Assembly: GCF_964204645.1 (NCBI RefSeq)
Contig: NC_134028.1
Location: forward strand, 20,580,345 to 20,644,344
Length of the DNA stretch: 64,000 bases
Reading direction: 5' to 3'
Source of the DNA: Tubulanus polymorphus
Taxonomy: Eukaryota; Animalia; Nemertea
The stretch's first letter is position 1. Every line of letters begins with the position of its first letter. Under the pieces are notes generated by a model. That model had not been told where the DNA came from and did no database searches. It worked only from the letters and a program-made list of their open reading frames with translations. Shown piece by piece: positions 12,316-22,738 of this stretch. The position numbers were made by a program, and so were the translations under genes.

Positions 12316-14989
12316 ATCTAGTATCTTGCAAATAAAGCCACCTTGAATCGTTTGACGTTTGACAAAAATTTCCAAACTGGTCTATGAATTCTACAGAAAA
12401 CACATTCTACTATTAGGTCAACCATCGTTGTCCCATTTGATGGTTATAGAAATTGATTTCCTTGATATACATGTCACTCGTATATTCTGTTGTTGTTGTT
12501 CTATGAGGTTCCGTCTAGGCAACTTGAATGAGAGTTTTTATGTATATTAAATCATTTACTAGACCGTTGCCATTGAGAAAAAGATATCCCCCAAAGGTTG
12601 CACCAGTTCACGGTGACGAATATCCGCGATATCAAAAGCAGCATGAGATGCTGCCCTTTCTGATGATATCGACGAACACTATCATGTCCATTCAATTTGA
12701 CCATGTATGAAGGTGTTTAAGGTTTTTATGGGTTCATACGAAATTCCTGGATGCTTCGGGGACCTGCTGTTTGAGGGATGAAGTCACAAGGATTCTAGAT
12801 TTTGACAATATGGGCAAAAGCCTTCTTGAGTTGATGATTAGATGATGTGTTTTTGTGATACAAATTGGTGCCATTGTATCTATGCTAATTTAGAACTAAT
12901 TACTGGGGTAATTAATCTATATATCACTGTTAATTCGTTGCTGATTTTAATTTGTCGATCAGATCTTAATCGACTTTCAATTACAATGATTAGAACATTA
13001 AATTAGTTTACCTTCACAGAAGTCGAAAATATGTAATCAGGTAATTTATGCCAGTCGTCAGTGTTTAATTAAGGAGATGTGCTCCTCTCTAACGTCTCGG
13101 GTTTGAGTGACAGATGATCCCGGTATAAAACAATCTGATGCGACATCAATAAATCAGTTCAGCCAATGACTATAGTCATCATCATCACTACCACTGAATT
13201 AGCGGATAATCAGTAAACGCGGGATTAACGGATTACCATTCAATCGATGATGACGGATTACCACTCATAGGATTAAAAGATTACAATGGATTATTACATC
13301 TTTAAAACGATTGTGTTGATTTCAGTAATCTATTTAGTAACGGGTAAGTCTTCATATCTTATCGATAATGACACTAAAGTTATTAAATTATCAGATCAAA
13401 TAATCGACTGCCTTTATCTATCTATGTAATGCGTACGTCCTGAATTTTCTAATTTCATTCAGCCACGTTGTGTGAATGGAATTTGAATCCACTTTCAAAC
13501 GTTAGTGTTCAAATATCTGATATCATATTTCAATAATTTTCTGCGAATGTAGTTCTGATCGATATCAAACACTAAGCTGAAAACATGGGTAGACGTCTGC
13601 TGTGTAGCATTGGGCATGCATTTTTGCAGAGGATAATATATACTCTTAATTTATCGTAAATTGAAATAATTGACTCGAAATAATTGAATAGTATACACAT
13701 CAGTAACATGCGAAATAATTCTCAGGTCAACCAAATATCAAGTTAAAGAGATTATGTTTCATCAAGTTACCAAAGAACTAAAGACTGCATGAATTTGGTC
13801 CGACCACATAGAGGGAGTAGATAGTTTAAATATGCCTCACACACGAATGCCTATCACCACCATTAATCAATTCGTTCTGGTGCTATGTACTAGATGTGGT
13901 GAAAAATAACAAAGCGATGTTGACGTATTGTTGATAGTCCGAAGTGTTTAACGATTTTTCTTTGGTGTCGACTTAAATTCTAGCTGCGGATCAATTCAGT
14001 GTACTCACTATATTCAAAAATTTCATTGCAATTTTGTGCTTATTAAAATAACTGCTGTACATTGTAATTGTAGATGAGGCTACACTGTTTTATGTCGAAA
14101 CGTCCTGCTACAATAGATTTTGCAATGGTCATTATCTTAATAAAACAGCTAAAAGTTCCTATGTTTGTGCTCAAATCTTTTTATCAATATTGTTATACAA
14201 CTCATAGAATGTTGACAGATTACCTGTCATTGTGCCTATATGCAATGTAAACTTTTCGTTAAAAACTTTCGTCAAAAACATTAAATATAGCAATAAAAAG
14301 ATTTTCAATAATTAGTTTCAATAAGTTATTCAATTGCCATATTCTTCAACTCTGAGGGGTGTTTGCTGTGGCTGTTCAGAAGGTTCGAACGGTTTATTAG
14401 CCCTGAAAAAAATAATCTTTGGACTGTTTTCTTTTATTTGCTGTCTAGGCCGCAAATATTTAGTATAGTGCCCTTCTCCCCGGAAAGACAAACGCATGCT
14501 GGTAAAATCGGTTACGTCTCTTTTAAGTTACTGCGGTCGTATACCGATAGAAATGATTTTACACATTTGGTCACTGTGTTCTTTAAGTCAGAATGGAAAA
14601 AGGTATTTTTTCAAGAATGGTGATGTCACCTGGTTATACATTCTATGCATAACATTATAACCGAAACTTCAACGCCCATGGATCTCTTGTTTGAATTACA
14701 ATCGAAAGTTTGTAGAATTTGTCGACTGTAACCGTACTGTAAAACCTTTCATCCTGATAGTAGAGGAGCTTATGTTTTGAATTCTGGGTTGTTATGCATG
14801 GCATGTTACAGCTTGGCATCGCATGTGGGGCTATTCAGTAGACTTAAACATTTTGCCTGAAAAGAGAATGATACGAATATAAATGCCTTTTCAATCTTTT
14901 GCAAACAAAATGGCTGCCATGGCAATGACGGCGATAGTCTTTGATTGGTTCCAGCAGGGAAGTGTGATGAGATCACACTTCCCTGGTTC

Positions 14990-15589
14990 TATTTGAGTAA
15001 TAAATTACCTATTTAGACAGTGGGAAATAAGCCGGAGTTCAAGGCAGTAGTTGCGGTTAGCAGGCGACCTACGTGAATACTTACGTCACACATAAGAGAG
15101 AAGCATAGAAGATAGGTGAGAGTGACGTGGGTGTCTACGTGGGAAAGCTTGTTATAGCAGCAGCCTTGAGCTCTGGAAAGTTGAGTTATAAATTTAGCGC
15201 TCGTGACGTATAACACACGTAGAAATGATTTACATGGCCAGTAGGACTGTAGTAATAGAATAAGACGTCTCTGGCGATGAGGCCAAGCGGTGTGGAAATA
15301 TACGTCACGAGCGAAGGAAGAATAAGTATAAAAAGGGAGGGTTTTAATGCAGTGGGGTCGAAAGCTTGGTCGGTAGAGCTGGGTCGGTTGAGCTAGTGGT
15401 TAGAACTAGAGGGGACGTGCTAGGAAGATTGTAAGAAGAGAGTATAAGAATAAAGATCTGGATCGATAGAAGAAGCTAGTTGTAGTTAATTTATGAGAAG
15501 AACCCCAAGGAACTACGCTGGTGAAACGCAAACAACGCAGGTGGTCAACACACGTCACCCGGACACTGGGACAGAGGACCCCCACAACA
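14990..15589 (+). repeat. 5' LTR
   Basis: Identical to 25132-25731 apart from position 5 (T vs G) on manual comparison. Termini are TA..CA; TATAAAA at 15327 and AATAAA at 15449. Confidence 0.97.
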
Positions 15590-15590
15590 C

Positions 15591-15608
15591 TGGTGGAGAA
15601 TAGCGGCA
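15591..15608 (+). promoter_or_regulatory. Primer-binding site, tRNA-Ala-like
   Basis: TGGTGGAGAAT(A)GCGGCA lies 1 nt after the LTR and is complementary to the ...ATTCTCCACCA 3' end typical of animal tRNA-Ala(AGC). Confidence 0.8.
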
Positions 15609-15636
15609 GAATTCCGGTCTCGCAGCCAAGCTAGTG

Positions 15637-15642
15637 GTGAGT
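15637..15642 (+). promoter_or_regulatory. Predicted major splice donor for the env subgenomic mRNA
   Basis: Consensus G|GTGAGT between the PBS and the gag start. Confidence 0.7.
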
Positions 15643-15686
15643 GACATTATACAAAACTTTGAATCGATTTATAAAAACTCTGGTTT

Positions 15687-16697
15687 ATGTTTTATAACCA
15701 ACCCGTTAAACGAAAAGCACAACTGTTGGGGATGGCAAACGCGGGACAGCAACCGGCCGTGGGACCAGCCAATCCGGCTGTAGGACAAGACGACGACAAT
15801 GATAGCGACGATGAAATAATCATTGTCCCGAAAGGCGTAAGCGGGCTGAAACCAGAACATTTTGACGGAACAAATGATCCGGAACCATGGTTAGACGCAT
15901 TTTTACAATACGTAAAACTCATGGCATGGAGTGACCGTCAGATACTGAGGAGCTTTCCCTTGTTTTTGAGGGGAGAAGCTCGCTCTTGGTATTTAGGTGT
16001 CGATAAAGATAAGAAACGCGTGTGGAATGATTTATTACAAGCGTTTAATCAGCGATATAATAACCCGGATCGAAAAATGCTAAAAACTCACCAGCTGAAA
16101 CACATGCGCATGGTTTCAGGCCAAACAGTAGACAATTTCGCAGACGATGTTAAACGGAGAGCGAATGAATTGGAATTACCCGCGCATGTGACGTTGAGTA
16201 CGTTTATTGACGGTCTCTCCGCGGACATTCGCAAAATCGTTTGGACGCAAATGCCAGAGGATCTGGACAAAGCCATCAAAATGGCTAGTAACGTAGTCCA
16301 GATGTTGAAAATAGATGGCCCTGGTGTTCATCAAGTCGAGACAGCCAACGCGGAGTGGGACGAACTGAAAACAAGAATAAATCAGCTAGAAATTAAACAA
16401 CGAAAGGAGGAGACGATGGCACAGGAAAGTCGGGCTCTTGCGGGAATTCAACGACCGTTTGAAGCGATTACGTACGCGCGAAATGGAGCTACGAACAATA
16501 GACTTCGTTACCCTACGTTTAGAGGTCGATGTTACAGGTGTAACATAATTGGACATATGGCTAGAAATTGCAGGGGGCCAGCAAAATCTACCTTTGCAAC
16601 GGAAAATGGAAACATCATTTGTTATCAATGTGGTTTACCTGGACATATTAGCAGATATTGCCGTCGGAATACGAATCGACAACAGCGGACTAATTAG
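15687..16697 (+). CDS. gag: Gag polyprotein (capsid plus two CCHC zinc knuckles)
   Basis: PEHFDGTNDPEPWL..F / LRGEARSWY retrotransposon capsid motifs and knuckles CYRCNIIGHMARNC and CYQCGLPGHISRYC. Ends in TAG at 16695-16697; alternative ATG in good context at 15732. Confidence 0.95.
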   Translation: MFYNQPVKRKAQLLGMANAGQQPAVGPANPAVGQDDDNDSDDEIIIVPKGVSGLKPEHFDGTNDPEPWLDAFLQYVKLMAWSDRQILRSFPLFLRGEARSWYLGVDKDKKRVWNDLLQAFNQRYNNPDRKMLKTHQLKHMRMVSGQTVDNFADDVKRRANELELPAHVTLSTFIDGLSADIRKIVWTQMPEDLDKAIKMASNVVQMLKIDGPGVHQVETANAEWDELKTRINQLEIKQRKEETMAQESRALAGIQRPFEAITYARNGATNNRLRYPTFRGRCYRCNIIGHMARNCRGPAKSTFATENGNIICYQCGLPGHISRYCRRNTNRQQRTN

Positions 16698-19600
16698 GGC
16701 TGTAGCAAGGATGGCTTAGGGCAGCTGTCCAGAGCTATACAAACAGAGAATGCCCAAGTATTGTATGAGGTAGGATCGGGGATAACGGGGGATAGTGGGC
16801 GCTCACAGACAAAATTGAAATCTCACAAACAAAACTTGACAAAGAAGAAAATTTTGAAAGAAAAACCAAAAGTATTATGCTCTGAGCGCCCACTGTCCTT
16901 AAATTGTGTTATTTTTGATGAACGGATGGATGTTTTGATTGATACAGGAGCAACTCGAAGTGTCATATCATATGAATACTTTTTAAAATTAAGATCCACG
17001 GTATTAGTAACGCCGTTAGAATATGACGGTTATAAATATGCTACGGTAGCTGATGGGGGTACATTAGAAATATTCGGTATTGTTAAATTAAATCTTAAAA
17101 TGGAATCAAGGGTTGTTAAGCAAGAATTTCTGATATTAAGGAAATTGGCTCACCCATGTATTCTAGGCATGGATTTCATTAACAGTCAGGGTGTGGTTAT
17201 TGACACTCCGAGAAAGCTCCTACATCTGTCATCCGGTCACTCAATACCTCTTCACGAGGGGGCAAAGGTACAATTACAAATTTGTATAGTAGCTAACGAT
17301 ACGGTCACAATTCCGCCTGGTACACAGGTGCAGATAAAAGCAAAAATGAAGGGGACGGGAAGAAAGGACGGTGTAGGTTTTGTTCAACAGTCCGCTAGAT
17401 TATGGGATAAATATGGTATTATGGGTGCGGCTAGTATATCTAATATTAAAAGTGGGGTATTACCTGTGCAAGTTTGTAATCCATCAAATTATTCAAAACG
17501 GTTAAAAAAGGGTGCCATTTTAGGAGATGTTACTCTCATCGATTTAGATGCTCCTATCGCAGACGGGTCATATATGACAATTGATAGTGAAGGTATTTCC
17601 ACGCCTCAACCTGAAAATCAAAACGATATATTAGATAGTGTGGAAACGGGAGACATATCGGTACAGCAAAAAGCTGATTTAAAATCATTATTGGAGGAAT
17701 ACAGAGATAGGTTTGCAGAAGGGATATTGGAGTTGGGAACCGCAAAGGGGGTTGAATGCAATATTGAGACTGAAAATGAGGTGCCTATTCGGTCACGACC
17801 ATATCGGGTTCCATTAGCGTTGAGGGATATTTTAGATAAGCAGATTGATGAACTTAAAAAGCAAGGCGTTATTGAAGATTCAAATTCAAATTATAGTTCT
17901 CCCGCACTTTTGGTACCAAAACCAGATGGGTCATATCGATTGTGTATTGATTTTAGGCGATTAAATAAGGTATTAAAATTGCAAACATTACATCCAATAC
18001 CTCATATCTTTGACACCTTAACTATGTGTGGCACCGCTAGGCCAAAAATATTTTCTTCTCTAGATTTAAGAAGTGGTTATTTTCAGATCCCGATTTCACA
18101 AGAGTCTCGTCACAAAACGGCGTTCGTAACGCCTACTGGTCATTACCAATTTACTAGATTACCCATGGGCATAGCATCGGCCCCTAGTATTTTTCAATCC
18201 ATTATGGCTCGCCTCTTACATTCATTAGGGGACTCTGTTTTGGTTTATTTAGATGACCTTTTAGTATTTTCTACGTGTTGGGAGGATCACTTACAACATT
18301 TACGCCAACTTTTTGAAAGATTACGGGTGGCGGGGTTGACACTTAAACCCAGCAAATGTTTTATTGCTCGACCAAACTGTAAGTTTTTGGGTTTCTATTT
18401 AGACGGGGATGGCATTAGAACTAATCCCGAGAAAGTAAATGTGATTCGAAACTGCCCTGTGCCTACAAATCAAACTCAAGTTCGGTCTTTCCTAGGGGCT
18501 GCTAATTTCTATAGAAAATTCATTAAGAACTTTTCGGGGCGGGCACGACCATTGACACTATTGACGAGAAAGGGTATACCATTTCTATGGTCTGACGATT
18601 GTCAGAAAGCGTTTGATGACTTGAAACAGGCACTTATAACAGCACCCGTGTTAGCATATCCTTCTCTGAAACGCAAGTTCAAGGTTCACTGCGACGCATC
18701 AAATTTTGCGATGGGATATTGTCTTGTACAGGAAGGAGACGACGGTCAAGAACACGTAATTGCATACGGTGGACGAGCACTAACAAAACAAGAACAAGCA
18801 TATTCCGCTAGTGAGCGGGAGTGTCTGGCGCTCATTTCAGCCATTAAGTATTATAAAGTATACCTGTATGGAAATCCTTTTACGGTGGTCACAGATCATA
18901 AAGCACTGTTGTGGTTAAAAAAGATGGAGGTCGATGGTCTCGCCTCAGGTCGGCTACAACGGTGGTGCATCTTCCTACAAGGATACCAATATGACGTTGA
19001 GTATCGGGCAGGAGTACAACATGCAGATGCGGATTTCTTGTCTAGATTAAGGTATCCGGAAATAGTGGCTGTTGACACAGGTAACGACGATATCTTGGTG
19101 AATTTGCCTATGGAACAACGTAAAGATAATGAGTTACGACCTATCATTGATTACCTATTAGACGGATCATTACCAAAAAATGATCGTTTGGCACGACGAA
19201 TAATCTTGTCGCACGAAAGGTATATTCTGGACAACAAGGATAGTCTTCAATACTTGCAACATTTAAATCGCCGCCAATCTGCTCACTTCTCTCCTTGCTA
19301 TGTGATACCAAAACAACTTCGCTTACAAATCCTGCAAGAAACACATGAGGTTTTTGGAGGACACAGTGGCATCAAGTCAACGTATATGCGTCTGAAAAAT
19401 AGGTATTATTGGAATGGTATGTTTAACGATGTAAAGGATTTCTGCTTACGATGTAATGTCTGTCAACGGAAAGGGTTGTCTGCAAAAGAGGCTACTAAGG
19501 TTCCAATGCAAACGGTACGGGTGGAGCCAATTTTCCATAAATTTGCTATGGATATGGTGGGTCCCTTTCCGGTGTCTGACAAGGGGCATAAATATGTGTT

Positions 19601-20765
19601 GACATGTATTGAAACTTTTTCATCATATATGGAGGCATTTCCGCTTAAGACGGCATCGGCAGAAGAGGTCGCCGAAAGGTTGGTGGATGGTATCATTTTG
19701 AGATATGGGATGTTTTCTACTATACTTACCGACAATGGGTCAAACTTTATCTCAAAAGTCTTTCAACGAACGGCCATCCTCTTGGGGGGTAGAACAAAAA
19801 CTACGTCCTCATATCATCCGCAGGCGAATGGTGCTTTAGAAGTACAACATAGACAATTAAACAAATCAATAGCTAAGTTATTAGATGGACAAAGCCCGGG
19901 AAAGTGGGACTTATATCTGCAATCTGCGGTATTCGCAATGAATTCCTCAAATAATATCAATTCGACGTCATTCACGCCTTTTGAAATTGTTTTTGGGCGG
20001 ATGCCTAAATTGCCCATGGAACTAGCCATATCAGCTCCAAAAAATGAATATGGGTCTCATGTGGCCTATTTTCAACACTTAATTAAGAAGATGGATATAG
20101 TACATGACATAGTTCGTAAGAATCGGGAACTGAGCAAAATAAAAATGAAGCAGCAGTACGATAAAAATGCTAAAGATATTCAGTTTGAAGTGGGGAGTAA
20201 GGTTTTTCTTTATTACCCACACTTGCCTACTGGGGCATCAAAGAAATTACATTCATTTTGGCTGGGCCCATATGAAATTATTGAAAAAATAGGAGAAGTT
20301 AATTACAGATTGAGAACGGATGATAATCGAAAGGTTAAAACATTAGTTCATGTAAATAGGTTGCGTCCGGTTTATGAATCTAAAAAACCGCCTACTTACG
20401 ACTTACCGCAGACTATTGAAAAATTAGATGACTTACCAGGGAACCTCGCCATGGATGAAATCGTTTTGCCCCATAAGAGTCGCCATGTCAAAATCGGCAT
20501 GACGCCCGCAATTGAACCTCCTACTTTGACGCAGAGGGACATGACGTTATCGAAGGGTCGCGAAAATATTGACGGGAAAGACGAGTCGATATACACTGTG
20601 TCTCGAATACTCAAACATAGAAGACGGGGAGGCAGGTTGTATTATTATGTCGCCTGGGAGGGTTATGCGGATAAGACTTGGGAACCGGAGGAGAATTTCT
20701 TGGATAGGTCGATCTTGACGGCATATCATCAGAAAGCCAAGAAAAGACGGAAACGACGTGCATAG
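16698..20765 (+). CDS. pol: Pol: aspartic protease, RT, RNase H, integrase with GPY/F motif and chromodomain
   Basis: LIDTGA (16941), YLDD (18246), HCDASN, HHCC plus D,D,E integrase core, WLGPYEI, and C-terminal YTVSRILKHRRRGGRLYYYVAWEGYADKTWEPEENF. The frame is open from the codon after the gag TAG. Confidence 0.97.
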   Translation, partial: GCSKDGLGQLSRAIQTENAQVLYEVGSGITGDSGRSQTKLKSHKQNLTKKKILKEKPKVLCSERPLSLNCVIFDERMDVLIDTGATRSVISYEYFLKLRSTVLVTPLEYDGYKYATVADGGTLEIFGIVKLNLKMESRVVKQEFLILRKLAHPCILGMDFINSQGVVIDTPRKLLHLSSGHSIPLHEGAKVQLQICIVANDTVTIPPGTQVQIKAKMKGTGRKDGVGFVQQSARLWDKYGIMGAASISNIKSGVLPVQVCNPSNYSKRLKKGAILGDVTLIDLDAPIADGSYMTIDSEGISTPQPENQNDILDSVETGDISVQQKADLKSLLEEYRDRFAEGILELGTAKGVECNIETENEVPIRSRPYRVPLALRDILDKQIDELKKQGVIEDSNSNYSSPALLVPKPDGSYRLCIDFRRLNKVLKLQTLHPIPHIFDTLTMCGTARPKIFSSLDLRSGYFQIPISQESRHKTAFVTPTGHYQFTRLPMGIASAPSIFQSIMARLLHSLGDSVLVYLDDLLVFSTCWEDHLQHLRQLFERLRVAGLTLKPSKCFIARPNCKFLGFYLDGDGIRTNPEKVNVIRNCPVPTNQTQVRSFLGAANFYRKFIKNFSGRARPLTLLTRKGIPFLWSDDCQKAFDDLKQALITAPVLAYPSLKRKFKVHCDASNFAMGYCLVQEGDDGQEHVIAYGGRALTKQEQAYSASERECLALISAIKYYKVYLYGNPFTVVTDHKALLWLKKMEVDGLASGRLQRWCIFLQGYQYDVEYRAGVQHADADFLSRLRYPEIVAVDTGNDDILVNLPMEQRKDNELRPIIDYLLDGSLPKNDRLARRIILSHERYILDNKDSLQYLQHLNRRQSAHFSPCYVIPKQLRLQILQETHEVFGGHSGIKSTYMRLKNRYYWNGMFNDVKDFCLRCNVCQRKGLSAKEATKVPMQTVRVEPIFHKFAMDMVGPFPVSDKGHKYVLTCIETFSSYMEAFPLKTASAEEVAERLVDGIILRYGMFSTILTDNGSNFISKVFQRTAILLGGRTKTTSSYHPQANGALEVQHRQLNKSIAKLLDGQSPGKWDLYLQSAVFAMNSSNNINSTSFTPFEIVFGRMPKLPMELAISAPKNEYGSHVAYFQHLIKKMDIVHDIVRKNRELSKIKMKQQYDKNAKDIQFEVGSKVFLYYPHLPTGASKKLHSFWLGPYEIIEKIGEVNYRLRTDDNRKVKTLVHVNRLRPVYESKKPPTYDLPQTIEKLDDLPGNLAMDEIVLPHKSRHVKIGMTPAIEPPTLTQRDMTLSKGRENIDGKDESIYTVSRILKHRRRGGRLYYYVAWEGYADKTWEPEENFLDRSILTAYHQKAKKRRKRRA

Positions 20766-20905
20766 GATATTTGCCACGCACCCAACAGTTGTTGCGAAAT
20801 TAATTAAGGATAATAGGAGAAATGAGTATGAGTATAAAGTTGCTGTGTTTTAAGAAATTGTTAGGAAATCAAGAAGTTATGATTTAAAATGTTGTTTTAG
20901 GAACC

Positions 20906-22738
20906 ATGGTTCGGAGTATAGTTCATATCGTTATGATTTGGTCGTGGATAGGACCAATGGCTGCATGGAATGCAGAGCTACGGATGGGGGCTGGAGTAGT
21001 GTTCCAGCCAGTTGACGAGATAAATGTAGCAGCAACAAAATGGGAACATAGTGTTATGATTCCTTTAGTAGATGTTTCCCGGTTTTCGATGACAATTCCT
21101 AATATGACGTGTGGAATGCCCAATGCCGAATGCCGACAAATAGAGAAAATGTTTCGCCTAATGCGTTTGCGTAAAATCCGAGCTGATCAAAAATTTAACA
21201 GTTCCAGGCGTATGATTGAATCATTATTACCTGTTGAAATTCCGAGTACAAGAAGAGAAGGCCGTATGAAACGAACACCACTATCATTCATCGGAGATGT
21301 CGCCAGTTTGATTTTTGGGGTCGCCACTACTGAGCAGTTACAAATAGTGGAAAGACATATGAATAAGTTTGATGCATTACAAAAATTAGATCATAAAGCT
21401 ATTGTCCAGTTACAAGAACGGTTAACTAGCTTTGCCAACGTAACAGATTCTAGATTTAAGTTAGTCAAGTCTCTAGTACGACAAAACAGAGATTATATGT
21501 CAAAACTTTCGGAATTCGTTGTAAATAATACTATGAATCAGGCTCGTATACAGGCAAGGGTACATGCACTATCATACGTAGTGCGGTATTCCATTAATTA
21601 TGGGGATGTTATTGAGGCTATCAGCAGCCACATGGCCGCGTGGTTGCGCTCCACTAACGTTTTACTATCAAATAGACTACCTGTGGAGTTAATTCCGGTA
21701 ACAAGTCTCCAGGAAATCTTATCAAAAATTCGCGTTACATTGAAGAATTTTTACCCCATGTTTGAGCTGGCACATCAAACCCCGAGTTATTATTATTCGC
21801 ACGCGCGAACGTTTACTGTCAGGACTCGTGAATATATAGTGGTTCATATGCAGATCCCAATACAAGCAAAAAATACGCATTTTCGTTTGTATAATATATT
21901 ATCTTTTCACCTTCCGGTTAATGCAACCGCTACGGTGTATACAAAAATAATTAACCTCCCACGCTTCTTTGGCGTTAGTAAGAATTTGCAAACTTACGTG
22001 TTGATTGATGAAGCCACTTATTCGCTTTGCCAAGGACGTTATATACAGAATTGTGCAGATGGATTACCTATCTATACTCGAACACAAAAATCATGCGCGT
22101 CTGCACTTTTCTTTGATAATCCTAAGGATCTAATTGGGCAGTGTGATCTGACATATACTTCCGTGGCGCCTCTGTCTCAGGCGGTCCTGTTGACAACCAA
22201 TAAATATTTGATATCCATTCACGACAAGCGAGATGATTGGATTTCCCAATGTGGACTGGATCCACCAATTAGGGTTCCGGTCTGTGATTTTTGTGTTGTC
22301 ACCTTGCAATGTCATTGTGGGTTGAATTCGAAATACTTTACGCTTTCGCCGACTTTAACAAATTGTGAAAAAGGTCATGATAGAATAACTCGATTATATC
22401 CCGTTAACATACCGGCGGCATTACTTTTGGGTAAAGAGGATGATATTGATAATATGCAAACAGAGGTATTATATTCTAAAATTCCGCGTATCACACTGCC
22501 TGATTTTAATATAGAAGGACATGAATGGGATAATGTGATACGGGCTGAAAACGCTAAGGAAGCTGATTTTAAAAAATTGGCGCAGGCTATAAGCCGTGAC
22601 AAGATAGCGTATACAAGTAGGTCCGATTATTTACGGTCAGAAATTAGGGGGACACATAGTTCTTTGAAAATCGGTGGTTATATTCTGATTTCGTTAGTAA
22701 TTGTGGCAATAATAGTATCGACTCTTCGCCACAAATAG
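20906..22738 (+). CDS. env: Envelope glycoprotein, class I fusion protein (F-protein/errantivirus Env-like)
   Basis: Hydrophobic signal peptide, furin site RMKR (21263-21274) followed by fusion peptide TPLSFIGDVASLIFGVAT, heptad region, Cys-rich ectodomain with NxS/T sites, and C-terminal TM IGGYILISLVIVAIIVSTL. Acceptor ttgttttag lies 5 nt before the ATG. Confidence 0.9.
   Translation: MVRSIVHIVMIWSWIGPMAAWNAELRMGAGVVFQPVDEINVAATKWEHSVMIPLVDVSRFSMTIPNMTCGMPNAECRQIEKMFRLMRLRKIRADQKFNSSRRMIESLLPVEIPSTRREGRMKRTPLSFIGDVASLIFGVATTEQLQIVERHMNKFDALQKLDHKAIVQLQERLTSFANVTDSRFKLVKSLVRQNRDYMSKLSEFVVNNTMNQARIQARVHALSYVVRYSINYGDVIEAISSHMAAWLRSTNVLLSNRLPVELIPVTSLQEILSKIRVTLKNFYPMFELAHQTPSYYYSHARTFTVRTREYIVVHMQIPIQAKNTHFRLYNILSFHLPVNATATVYTKIINLPRFFGVSKNLQTYVLIDEATYSLCQGRYIQNCADGLPIYTRTQKSCASALFFDNPKDLIGQCDLTYTSVAPLSQAVLLTTNKYLISIHDKRDDWISQCGLDPPIRVPVCDFCVVTLQCHCGLNSKYFTLSPTLTNCEKGHDRITRLYPVNIPAALLLGKEDDIDNMQTEVLYSKIPRITLPDFNIEGHEWDNVIRAENAKEADFKKLAQAISRDKIAYTSRSDYLRSEIRGTHSSLKIGGYILISLVIVAIIVSTLRHK

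Noticed and set aside
15013-15216. Identical 67-aa ORFs at 15013 and 25155
   Set aside because: They are identical only because they lie in the two LTRs; no motif is present.
16670-16700. -1 frameshift between gag and pol
   Set aside because: The two ORFs share a frame and no slippery heptamer is visible before the stop.
16761-16763. TTG as the pol start codon
   Set aside because: ORF-finder artefact; the frame is open from 16698 and in frame with gag.
17554-22602. Short minus-strand ORFs inside pol and env
   Set aside because: Antisense shadows of long coding frames, lacking the exon-intron pattern seen at 23249-24945.
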